Part shown: in pieces, positions 11,791 to 23,255 of the stretch | How the letters are laid out: every line of letters begins with the position of its first letter | Position numbering within the stretch: the first letter of the stretch is position 1 | Position numbers and translations under genes: made by a program | Assembly (NCBI GenBank): GCA_013239625.1 | Contig: MU054117.1 | Location: 3,834,677 to 3,898,676 of the forward strand | Direction: 5' to 3' | DNA: 64,000 nucleotides | Source of the DNA: Lama guanicoe | Taxonomy: Eukaryota | Notes under the pieces: generated by a model | The model's database searches: none | The model's input: only the letters and a program-made list of their open reading frames with translations | What the model was told of the DNA's origin: nothing

Positions 11791-14700
11791 AGAGTGCAGG
11801 GCTTCCTGACATTAAAGGGGGGTCTGGGTTATTCCCAGCCTCGCGGATCATGTGAAATTCTGGCTTCACGTTAGGTTGCCAGCTCCCTTGGGCAGAGAAG
11901 GAGGCAAGATGTCAGCTCCTGAGAGCCGGGAACACAGCTTGCCTGGAGAGGAAGGGAAGGCGGGAGAGGAGTCAGAACAGAGCCCTCCACCCCAAAGAGG
12001 GGAATGAGCTGAGGACCTGTCAGCTCCCAGACTGGCCCGCGGGAAGGCGCAGCCGCTGTGAAAGCGAGCCTCAAGGCGGGTGGCGCAGAGAGGGGCGGGG
12101 TGCTAAAGAGGCTGCACTAAACCCCTGGACCCGGCTCCCTGTGGGGCACTCCTCGCTGGCGGGGTCCCTGTGGCTGAGAAGCCTGGCGGCACGCTCGGCC
12201 TTCTCACCAATTCTGTTCACACCTAGTGTCTGACCGCCCGTTTGCCGATGAACGCCTCGGGGGACATTCATGTTGTCCTTGGCAGTCAGCTCAGTGTCTC
12301 AAACCTGTCCGTGCTTCTGGCGGCAGGAGGGCCACGTAGCAGCCCTTCACCGTCAGCGCCCCGCCCTTCCCAGCCCCCTTGCTGCGGGGGGTGCCCTGTG
12401 CCTGCGCCAGTGGGGGACCCGGGGGACCGGGGGCCGGGAAGGATGTGGGCCCCTCCTGGGCTGAAGCAGGGCTGGTGTGTGACCCCAGCTCCCTCTCCCA
12501 TCGCAGCCAAAAGGGTGTTGGCTGCAAACGGTGAAGCTGGAAGGGGCTGGAGTCTTTCTCAGATGGCGTGAGGCATTCCTCGTCCGCTGACCCACGTGGG
12601 GGACGTTGCCCTCGTGACAAAGCGCATTTGCTGTTTTTAACGCTTGGGGTTTGGGAGTTCTTTGCTGTGCAGCACGACGTGACTGATCCTGACTGATGAA
12701 AATGCAACAACTCTCAAGAAAATTCCGTGAATTTTGCTTATGAATGGATGAAGGAAACAGCTATACTGAATGAGAGCAGGACGTCCACTGATGGAATTTC
12801 CTATTTGGATTAACCTCTCCACTGTCCTCAGCTTAATTTTTTTCTTTCTTTTCTTTTCTTTTCTTTTGCTGTCAAAGCCTTAGTTCTTTCAGTCTGTGCC
12901 CATGGGCAGTTAGCACGCTTACGTCTTCCCTAATTATACTGTAAGGAACTTCAGGGAAAGAGCGAGACGCTGGACACAATAAACTCCATGAAACTGCACT
13001 GCGCCCCCGCCACGCTTCAGGCACCGCCCTGGAGCCAGGAGCACAAAGCCGCATAATCGCGTCTGCTGCCCGTGGAAGGGTCCCCTTCTAGTTGGGGAGG
13101 TAGAGAAACAGCCAGTGACATTACAGTCAGTGTTTTAAGAAATGCTAAGACCAGACCGTCGCTGCTGCCAACAGCAGGGGCAAGAGCACCCAGTTCAGGC
13201 TGCAGGGTTGCACAAGAAAAAGCACAGAGAGGACAGAGAGAGGCCACGTGCAAGAAACTGGATGTGGTTTAGCACAATCAGAGAACGGGGTGCAGGAGGA
13301 GTGTGGCCTGCCTCAGGTAGACACAGGTGTAGGGTGTGCGGGGACACCTGGAGTCCCCACTAGTCAGAGAGCCGTCAAGGTGTCAGGCATCCTTGTGCGG
13401 GTGATGGTGATGATGATGCTCGCATCATCGGCCGCGATCAGACCTCAGAAAACGCACACTGACGGCGGCGTGGGGGATGGGCCGAGGGGGACGCAGTGGA
13501 GGCGTCCGAGGGCCGCGGGCTGGGGTGTGGTCCAGGCGGGTGTTGGTGGACCACCCCCTCCCCTAGCCAGCCTCCTGGGGTTTCACAGCAACAGATGCAG
13601 CTGGCCCACCTGCCATCACAGCGTCTCTCTGGAGCTTCCCTCCCAGGCGGCCACGCTGAGTTAGCACGGCAGGAGTCAGCAGCACATCTGCTGCTGGTAT
13701 GTCTCTACGAGGGCGGCAGAGGTCTCCAAGTGGGGCCTCGGACGGTTCCAAGACTTCTAGGCTGCCTGCTTCATACCAGCCCCTCGAAGATACCCAGTAT
13801 GTTCTGGTATTTTCCAAACTCTTTCTTCTCTCCCTGCTTCTGTCCTCTGTGTGCAAGATAAAAAAAAAAAACTGCAGCTCTCTTAACAGAAGGTGGAATT
13901 GCATTACAGATGCAATATTGAGTTTTTCTTGCAAGCATTTTACAAAGGTTTTTAAACCTGTGGTCCCTTGGGAAGATAAAACTGTTTTTTTCTCTTTGTC
14001 TTAGACCAAGGGGACAGCGACTTCTTACAACAAATTGGGTAGTTTTCCATCTTTCCTCTATTTTTACTGCACAGTGAACACAAAAATAAATTCCAGACGG
14101 ATTAAATAATTAAGTCATTGCATTCCTCAGACAAATCTTCTGAACTGGGTTCTTCTTTTAACCTACTTCATGCCCGAATTAGGATCCTGACCGAGCCAGA
14201 GGATTCTGAAGTTCGGGGAGCAGATGGGGTGCAGAGAGCAGAAAATAAGTGCCATGGGGTCTGGACTTGCGCACAGCTTCGGGAAGTGTTTCAGGGCGGG
14301 AAACAGCATTAGTAGTGATGGGACCAGCCCAGACCCCCTCCATGTGTGCACACATGTGGGTCTGTCTAGTGCGGCTCAGGGATGCAGGAAGTAGTCCTTG
14401 CCTGCTTCGCAAATGTGCCTGTAGGAGAGAACTCCAGGATAGGAGGGGCTGTGTTTCCCCCAGTCCCTCTGGTCAACCCTGGGGCCGGATCTAGAACGGG
14501 CCTGAGACACCTTCCCTCTTTTTCCCCAAGACAGCAAATGTAACTGGTTCCAGAGTCCAGTTTGGCAAACTCCCTGCTTTGCCCAGCATGACGCCCTGGC
14601 AGCCGGGCTCTGCTCTGCAGCCCTTGCCAGGGAGAGACACAGATCAAGCCCTTTGGAGAGGGAGGGCTTGGGGCCAAGGCATTTACGCCCCCTGAGGCTC

Positions 14701-16097
14701 CCTTCTGTCAACCCTCCTGTTTTGCACAGCAACACCACCGCTCAGCGCCTGCTGCCGGTGGGCACGGCCTCCTGAATTTGACAGTGGGGGGCGCCACTCC
14801 GTTGGTTTTCGTGAAGGCTGGAGGCTGCGGCCTGTGGCGTCCGGGGAGATGCTGATGCTGCAGGGCCGGAGGGAGGCAGGAGGTGGAGTGTTGTTTGCAG
14901 TTTCTACCAGAAGCCCAGTCAGCAGGTGCATAGCTCAGCCAGCAGCAGCGTGGGCATGAGGACCAGCGAGAGGCGGAAGGGGGACTGGGGCCGCTCACCA
15001 GTAACGGCCACGGACACCGGTGGGCCGCGTGCATCTTCCCAAGCACTTCCGCGTTTGCATCTAATCGTGTCCGCCTAGCAACCCTGGGAGACCGGCCAGC
15101 GAGGTGGGCATCATGCATCTTGTTTAGAGATGTGGGCGAGACTCAGAGAAGCCTCGGTGGGATGAGCAGTCGAGCTGGGAGGAGCCGAATGCTGAGCTCC
15201 TGACTCAGAGTTTCACGCTCCGTGATGCGAGGCTTCTGCAAGCACAGCTCTCCCTTGTTCCTTCCACTCTTTCCCGCGCAGCCTCCTGCTTTCCTGAGAC
15301 GCAGACCCCCCTCCCCATGCACCCCCCCACCCCCCACCCAGGATGCAGGGCTCTGCTGGCTCTTCTGTCCCTTCCCTGTACATACCAGCTCCCAGGACCC
15401 ACTAGACATTAGTCACACTCAGCTGGGGATGGTTTGGCACGGCTCGCCTGCTCAGAAGGATTTCCAGTGTAACCGGCAGAGGCTTTCCAGTTCAGAGTCT
15501 ATGCTTTTGCTTGGCCTTCTGGTCCTCCCAGACCATACCCAGGTTTGCTGCTTCCCTGCCAGCCTAAGGCTGCCCCAGAGGCTGGTCACAAGGACAGAAG
15601 GCCATTGGGGAACAGCTCCTTTCCTGCGCCCCCAGGGGTCAGACAAGGGGTGGAGCTTACACAGGGAAAAAGAAGTTCTCATTGCCACGCAAACTGGCCA
15701 GGACCTAGGAGGGGTTGTCCATTCCTCCCTGGTTGCTGGGACACTTCTGGAAGCTTCAACTGGGGCCTAAATGCAGAAGTCCAGTCTAGGGGTACAGCAT
15801 GCAGGCTCCACCCTCTCTTCTTGCCTCAAAAGCCAGTTTCCAGAGACAGCGTGCCCAGGACCCATGCCAGATTGGCAGGAGTGCCTCTTCCCTGAGGCCA
15901 AGCTCAGCCCTGCAGGGTGGCCACGCTCCCCTCCAGCCCAGGCCCTGCCCACACCCCTCATTCCCTGCCCAGGGCTCCCCAGCCCGGGAGATCAGGGAGG
16001 CTGTGGTCCAGGCTGCCCAGGGCACTTGCCTAGCCTGGGTGGTGAAGGTGAGTTGCTTTTTAGCAAGCTGCCCCCTCTGGTTTTATGCCATGTTTTT

Positions 16098-16262
16098 ATT
16101 TATTTTTTAAAAATATTTTATTTTTATTTTTATTTGTTATTTTTTGACAAGGGGAAGGTAATTTGGTTTATTTATTTTCAAGGGAGGTGCCAGGGCTTGA
16201 CCCAGGACCTCGTGCATGCTAAGCATGTGCTCTCCCACTTGAGCTATGCCACCCTCCACCTG
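16098..16262 (-). mobile_element. vic-1-type camelid tRNA-derived SINE
   Basis: Reverse complement reads 'gagggtggcatagctcaagtgggagagcacatgcttagcatgcacgaggtcctgggtcaagccctggcacctcc...aataaataaaccaaattaccttcccc' plus A-rich tail. Pol III A box recognisable, B box degenerate. 13-bp TSD at 16085-16097 and 16263-16275. Confidence 0.9.
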
Positions 16263-17057
16263 ATGCCACATTTTTAAACGTGTGGACTTCAGCTTCTCAT
16301 CAAAAGGCGCTGAACGTGAGAGGAAGGACAAACACCCGACAGACCTCGGCGGTGGCCCAGCGGTGGGCGAGGGGCTGACTTTGGCCCTGCCAGGCTGTGG
16401 GCTGTCCTGCTGAAGAGGGGAGGGGCGGCCAGAGCCCCAGCATATTCCGGGCAGCAACCTGCAGATGCCTCGGTGTTTTCCAAATGCGGGCTCCATGGAG
16501 GGCTGGCATTGTGTGATGTGAGGCTATTTATTAGACGCTTGTGTTATGGGCCAGTCATTTCCTGCTCCAAAATAACAGAGTTGGCTTGACCCAGGGCTCA
16601 GGACGGAAGCCAGAAAAAAGTGAACAAGACCTGGACGGGGCCAGCAGCAGAGGACCCAGGATGGGGACTGAGGGGTCCTCTAGGGCCACCCCAAATTTCT
16701 AGCTTTTGCTTTTCTCAAACCTTCCCCCACCTCATCTCTACTCTCATTTCCGGAGCTTCTACTCAAGAGAGTAGAGTAAACTCTATCCGATTTGAACAAC
16801 AACTATTTCCTTCCCCCGTTATCCTGGGGCCAAGTCTGCACTTGAGTGAGTTTGGACAGAGAAGCATAACCTGCCTGTCCTGGCTTAGCTGTCACCATGG
16901 CAACTCTTCCTGGTTCTTATCAGGGATTCCACCTGCTGGGTGAAAGGAGCCTTAAGAAGAAGTTTAAGGGGAAAGGTAACCGCCATGCTATGGCACTTTG
17001 CGGTCTGCAAAGCCCTGTCGTGTATTTTATCCTAGAGGCTGGTCGGGACAAGGTCTT

Positions 17058-17130
17058 ATTTCAACTTGGAGAGGAGGAAATGGAGGCTCAGAGAGGCTGA
17101 ATGAGCTGCCCTTAATCACACAGCCAGGAG
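17058..17130 (-). mobile_element. MIR SINE core fragment
   Basis: 'gaggaaatggaggctcagagaggctgaatgagctgcccttaatcacacagc'. Confidence 0.75.
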
Positions 17131-20100
17131 GAGCCCACCCGTTGCAGGGCAGGTGGAAGGCTCCGAAACCGGGCCCTATGGAGGAGCGTCACATGTGCAT
17201 GGGGTGCGAGGAGCCGTGCAGGCAGGGAGAGGCGGGCGGCCTGGGCACACGGCCCTTGTGCAGTTTCTCCTGCGGCTGATCAAGGTCATTTGAACTTAGC
17301 CTTGAGTCTGGGTATGAATCCTGTTTTGTTTGTGCATAAATTAAACTACTGTATGTGGTTGAGCCAGAAGAGCCAGGACCACGAGTCAGGAAGCCTGGAT
17401 TCAGGGGGGAGGGCTCTGCCCACAGTCTGCCTTGCGACATGGGTAAGTTCCTGGGGACCCCGTTGCCTCCACTGGAGCTGGAGGGGTCGGGATGGTCCCG
17501 AGGCCCGTGCCCTCTGACTGCGGACCTCGGAGCTCCCAGTTGCGGGAAGAGACGTTGGGAGCAGGCCCTGGCTCATCACCTCTCCAGGGGACAGAGAGAA
17601 GCAGCCACTGGGGCTCCTCGGTTGCTTTGATACCAAAGCCCCGGCCAGGAGGAGACAACCGGAGAGCTGGAAATAGCCCCGTGGGTCTCGAGGGATCAGG
17701 GGACGCCCCCGCAGGATCTCTAAATCGAGCAGCTGTGGGAGGTAGAGCCTCACGCCGGCTGGCAGGATGAGGCCGTGGGGCTGAAGGTCGGGGAGGCCCT
17801 GTTCATTGATGGGGTGGGTCCTAATCTCCTGCGTTTGTCCCCTGCCTTCTTCTCACCCTCTCTCCTTTGATCTGCAGGTCACCGGCCCCAGCGGGGAGGA
17901 GGCTGGTGACTTTCCATAGTCCCTTGTGAAGTGACTGCAGGGGAAACATCATAGATGGGAGATGCTGATGGTGATGGTGACCCACTGACCCGGCCAGGAT
18001 CACCTCCTCCCCCTGACACACCTGCACACACGCACACATTGCACGAGACTCAGAAAATGGCTCCTCCTTACTCCTCCCAGATCTCAGTTGCCTCTCAGGT
18101 GGGGGAACCGCGTGAGCATTCCGGCCTGGGAGGACCCCCATGCCTCGCAGCCCAGGGGAGAAGGAAACGGAGACCCATCTGAAGACTTAGTAACGGCGGC
18201 GAGTGGGGACTCACACGCTCCTGCTTGCTGGCCGTGGACCGCGGGGTAACCCCACCGGCGGGTCAGTGTGTTCAGGACTTTTGAGGAGTTTGCTCCGGGA
18301 TCAGGGAGGACCAACCAGCCCCCGCCCTGTCTTCTTGTTTTTCCCTCCCCCTCCGCCGAGCCCGCCCCCGACTCGCCCAGCAGTACACTCTGTCCTCTGC
18401 AGGACCAGGACGTCCTCCCTCACAGTGGTCCTCTCCGCCCTCTTTCCTCGCCTCTGGACAATCCCATCCTGGGAGAAGGCGGAGTGGACCGGAGGATCTG
18501 CTTACTCCCAGAAGGAGAGCGCAGGGAAGCCCCTCGTGCGCTGGCTGTTTTTCTAGAGGAGGCGGGGAGGTCAGCTGGGTCGGTCTGCAAGGGGCGATGA
18601 TAAAGCCTGTCCTGGAAGTGTCGTGGGAAGAAGAAAACCACATTCACAGTGAGCCTTCCAGGGAAAGCAGAGTAAGCTGCAAAGCGTCTCTTCTAAGTCT
18701 CGGGGGTAAGAATTACCGGACATCTCCCAGCAGCAGCCGCTTTCTCAGGAGGGTTTGTCCTGTTCCCGATGTTTAACACTCTTTTTCACTGTTTCTCATC
18801 TCATCTTGGTCATCCTCCCTCCTCCTGTCAACACGGAGCCAAGTCACCGAGTCACAGCCTCAGGGCAAACAGTACCTTTGCTCAGTGAGAGTGTCCGGCC
18901 AGACCCCAGCCAAATGCTTTTTGGAGGGTTAGTGTCAACCGACCCAAGCAGAGAGGGATGGACCAGACCCTCCGGCAGTCTCCCGTCTTGCGAGGCTCTG
19001 GTACCACTGGCTGGGGCTGGAGGATAGCTCAGGGCACTGGAGGAGGGCTGACCTGCCATCAGGGGTCCCCTTTCTCTGCCCTCTGCTGCCCCACGGCACA
19101 CAGCACTGCCCTGAGTGAAGCTTGAACAAATGAAGAGGAAGAGCGCCCCTGACCAGCCTGCCTGGGGAGCTGGTCCCGGCGCAGCCTTGGTGTGTGTGGG
19201 ATGGGGTGGAGACGAGCATAGCACGTCAGGTGGGGCTGGAGCGCCCTCAGAGACTCCACGGGAGTCACAGGGTGAAAAACGGCTTGGTGTCCGATCCAAA
19301 TCCAGAGCCCCACAGAGAATGGCTACTCTCAGTGAAAGTGTCTTCAAGTGTTTTGTCTCCAGGTACTTCCCAACCAGAAGGGGTCATAGCGGGAGGGACG
19401 CAGTCAGTTGACCTGGAGCCCGGTGACAGGGGCCCCTGTCCTCTGTCAGGAGCCAGGCCTGGTTGGGCTACCCATCTCTGAAACTACCTCAGATAAATGT
19501 GTCAGCTCGGGCGTCAACATCATCAGCAGGAACTCACAGTTGAAGAAACGTGACTGTCAGGCTCCTGGAACAGGGTGAAGAATTTTTATAGTTCACATCC
19601 CTCTAGGGTAGCATCAACCCAGGAAGGCTTCTCAGAAGAGGGGGCCTTCAGACCTGATTTAATATGTCACCATGATGGAAGTGGGAAGGTGGGTGTAGGA
19701 TCCAGGGGGTGGAGGGTGAAGGGGAAGCTCAATGATAAAAGGACAGAGAGGAGATGCGGACGGGGAAGTCTTAGGACCAGTGGGGAGGGTCGTGTTCTCA
19801 GGGGCAGATCCTGAGAGCGGAGAGGTTGAGGACATGTTCTGTGCAAGAGAAGGTGCGTCAGAGAGCGTCTCTTTGAAAATGGGGGCCTGAAAGAAGGGCC
19901 GAGACGTTGGCTCTGTGTGGGTGAGCAGAGCTGAGTTCACTGTGCCTGCTACAGCACCACAGTTCTCCAGGCCAGTCTCATGGTCTTCCTTGGACCAGCC
20001 TTTTGTTCTCACCTCACTGACGTGGAGGCGGCATTTCCTGTTCTGAAGTTGTCCCCAGACCTGAAGGTCATTTTTAGCCCAGGTCCTCTTCTTCGAGCGG

Positions 20101-21960
20101 ATTTAAACAGAATCTGAGGGCGTTCTTGGCCAGAACCAGGCTCCTCCAACCCTCACCACCACTCTCTCTTCCTTCCCACTTGGGTGGGGTTGACCAGCTG
20201 GCCCCATGTCAGCAGAGGATGTGGCTCACTGAGAGTGGGGGGACCTCCTGCTGGCCCCCCACACCTGGCAGCTGGGCAGAGCTGAGTGGCACGCCAGGGC
20301 CTCCTCCCACACAGGCCTCCTGAAGAGACCCCATCTTGCCACTCTGGGCCCCCAACCTGCTCACCGAACCCCTTGAGGCTCCCAGACCTTGTTAGGCTGT
20401 TTGGCTCTTTGCCTCGGAATAAGCTCACGAGCACGTTGTCAGTCTGACTACCAGGGGAGTGGTCTCTGTGTTTTAATGATCTTCCCCAGATCTCTCTGCC
20501 AAGCTCTCCTAACACGCCTTCTCCAAGTGCACCTCTGCGAGGGAGGAGGGCAGATCTTTGTGAAGTAGGCCCCGGTGTATGAGAGTCTTGACTGCCTCAT
20601 TGACACCATAACATGTGTCAGACGGAGTCAGACTCCCGTCCCAGCTCTGCCCTGGACTCCATCGATGGAGCTCAGATCTCCACTGAGCAAGGAGCAGGAC
20701 TGAGCTGAGAATGATCTCCAGCTTTTGGGGAATTCACGGAGCTGCAAATCAAGGGGCTGCCGTGCTGGTGACAGAGCTCAGCCAGCAGATCCTTAAGCAT
20801 AAAACCCACAGTTCCCCCGTCTGCCCGAGGCAGACACATCCCCCATTCCTTTGATGGAGGTGAGAGAGCGAAGTCCAGCTGGAGAGGCAGAGAGGCTCCT
20901 TTACAGTGTTCCCTTTATCCTTCCTCGGCCTCCCTGTTTATCCTCCCTTCCCCCACCAAGAAGCGGCCTGACATAAAACCAGAATCTCAGGGCAAACTGC
21001 AGCTCTGCTCATCAAGGGTGTCCTGCCAGACTTCAGCATAGTGGTCTCAGGACAGTTGGTACCAACCACCCTGAGCAGCGAGGGTGGAGCAGACTTGCCG
21101 CAGACTCTGCTCCTGTCTTGCCCGTTGTTTCTGTTGATTAAGGAGCATCATTCCAGCCTCGGGAGGTGCCTCTGCCAACCGCCCAGCATGAACAACCTGA
21201 GCTCCGCCCTCCCTTTGCTCCCTGCACCTCCCAACAACCACTGGCCTTGTCAGGCATGCTGAGCAGAGCCTCAGGAGTTGCCAAATGGCCTTGGCCCTGG
21301 GCCACCAATGCTCCCCGATGCAGGGGAGATGGGATTCGCAAATGCACTGAACTCAGGAGAGGAAGAGGGCTGGTCTCCTTCCAGTTTTAGCGTGCCCCAA
21401 AGTAGGCTCATGAATTGCATTTTCACGAGACATTTGGGAAACCGAGTCCAGGCACTCCGCTCATGAATGAGCCGTGCGGCAGACTCATCTATAGGCTAAC
21501 GCAACCTCGTAGGTTTCCTGGGGCAGGATCTGTGTCTGCGAACAGGGAAGCGGCCGTCACTGTCTCTGGTACTGCAGATGGGCTGGTGACTCCTGAGCAA
21601 GCCACCGTGAATTACCAGTCTCATGATGGCTGGCCCAAGATAGCCTCCCCAAACTGTCTTCTTCCATGTCTGTGAGGGTGGGATGGAGGGGAAAGAGGTG
21701 GGGCTGGACACATTTGTGGATTCTCAGTCAGTCCGATGACGCCTCCAGCTCTAGGCTCTGATATGACCGTGGACAAGCTGTCGGAGGAGATAATTCCCTG
21801 GGCCTTCGGGAGAACACATTCCTCCTGGGAGCAGCCAGTAAAGGGTGCCGAGCTTGAATAAAGGCTAAACGGGCCTTAGAGAAAGGGGCTCCTCCTGCCC
21901 TCTCTCTCCTGCTCAGCCTCAGTGAGCGCCAGTGAACTCAGTTCAGAGGTTGGGAATCAA

Positions 21961-22295
21961 GTGTATCTCAGCAATAAAAAAGATAGAGAACAAAATACCG
22001 ATATGTGCAACCACACAGATTAATCTCCAAAACATTGTGTTAAGGGCGAGGAACTAGACACAAAGTTCAGATGATCTCTTTGATGCAGAGTTCAAGAACA
22101 GACAGAACTAATCCGTGGCGACAGAAATCAGACCGGCGGAGCAGGGATTACGCGGAAGGAGGCAAGAGGAAGCTCTGTGGACTGATGGGCAGGTTCTTTG
22201 TGTTAGTCTGGGTGGTCTTGACGTGAGTGCCTTGAGCTGTACACTTGACGTCTGTACAGCATAATGTGTGTTGACTGTTAGTATTAAAATGGAAA
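21961..22295 (+). mobile_element. Ancient L1 (L1ME-like) 3' end
   Basis: 'cagcaataaaaa..gatatgtgcaaccacacagattaatctccaaaacattgtgttaag', 'agttcaagaacagacagaactaatc', 'gctgtacacttgacgtctgtac'. Confidence 0.8.
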
Positions 22296-22499
22296 AAGAG
22301 GATGAGGTCAGGAAACGCAGCCTCCAGTCTCAGGAGTCCCCGGCTGCCCGTGCGGCCGTCGCCGCCTCAGGCGGGTGGCCGTGCTGGGTCCCGCCACACT
22401 CGGCGGGCCGGGGGCGCCCCCCACCTCGCACACCTCTGCCGCCTCCAGGTACCCGGCAGGTCCACAAGGAGGTGGCTGTGTTCACTATCATGCTGGCCT

Positions 22500-22805
22500 A
22501 CGTGGTTCTGCTTGTTTTAACGATGAATTCATTCCACGTAATTCTACTTAAATAAAATATAAGTAGGGAAAGAAACAGCAGTTTTGTGAAAATGAAGTCG
22601 AACGCTCCTGAATGTCTCCAGACAGATGAATTACTGAAAAGAACTGATGGCAGTCAGACGAGGACGAGACACATGTGGAAGCGAAACCCAAGTTATTAAA
22701 ATCTGCGCTCCTGGACTCAGATTCTTCACATGTTGTAAACTCTTATTCTGCTTTGAAGAAATTGAAACTGGAAATCGTTGAGGCTGCACGGAGCGTGGGT
22801 TTCAC
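22500..22805 (+). mobile_element. Tigger (TcMar-Tigger, Tigger13a-like) DNA transposon fragment
   Basis: 'actcagattcttcacatg...ctgctttgaagaaattgaaactggaaatcgttgaggctgcacggagcgtgggttt' resembles recalled Tigger13a; translation LKKLKLEIVEAARSVGF resembles the CENP-B/Tigger helix-turn-helix segment (LKKPKLE..D.AL..WF). Confidence 0.7.
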
Positions 22806-23059
22806 AGCCACCTCCTTCATCCAGCTCCCCGCCTCCCAGCCACTGTCCACCTGCCCAGTTCCCCCCAGGACCAGGTCCCAGGACCAGGACACAGGCAGTG
22901 CCTGCGTCCCCGAGCCCAGGGAGGTTGTTCAGACCGGCCCCTCCTCAGCCTGCCTGCCCCGCCTCGCCCATCTCTTCCCGCAGAAACCACAGCAAGACGT
23001 TTGTCCACAGTGCCCCTGCCTCTGTCTCCTGACTGACGCATGGAGAGGTGCGTCCCTTG

Positions 23060-23255
23060 CCCCGGGGAACGCTAAGTCACAAGCTCTCTTCTCAGTCACA
23101 TTGTCCCCTGATCTGTTGGCCTTACCATCCCTCAGATTTTCGGTTAATCCCTTCCATTTTCGAACACACACCCTTTGCCATAATTCTCTGTCCCTGGCTC
23201 TCCACTGCTCTTTGGCGGATTCGCTAACAATTCTGACCTCTTTGGAATCCACTCG
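23060..23255 (+). mobile_element. L2 internal fragment
   Basis: Pyrimidine-rich stretch colinear with recalled L2 ('ttctcagtcacattgtcccctgatctgttggcc...ctctgtccctggctctccactgctctttgg'). Confidence 0.5.

Noticed and set aside
16182..16260. tRNA gene
   Set aside because: tRNA-like head with a degenerate B box, SINE-specific 3' segment, A-rich tail and TSD: a SINE, not a tRNA.
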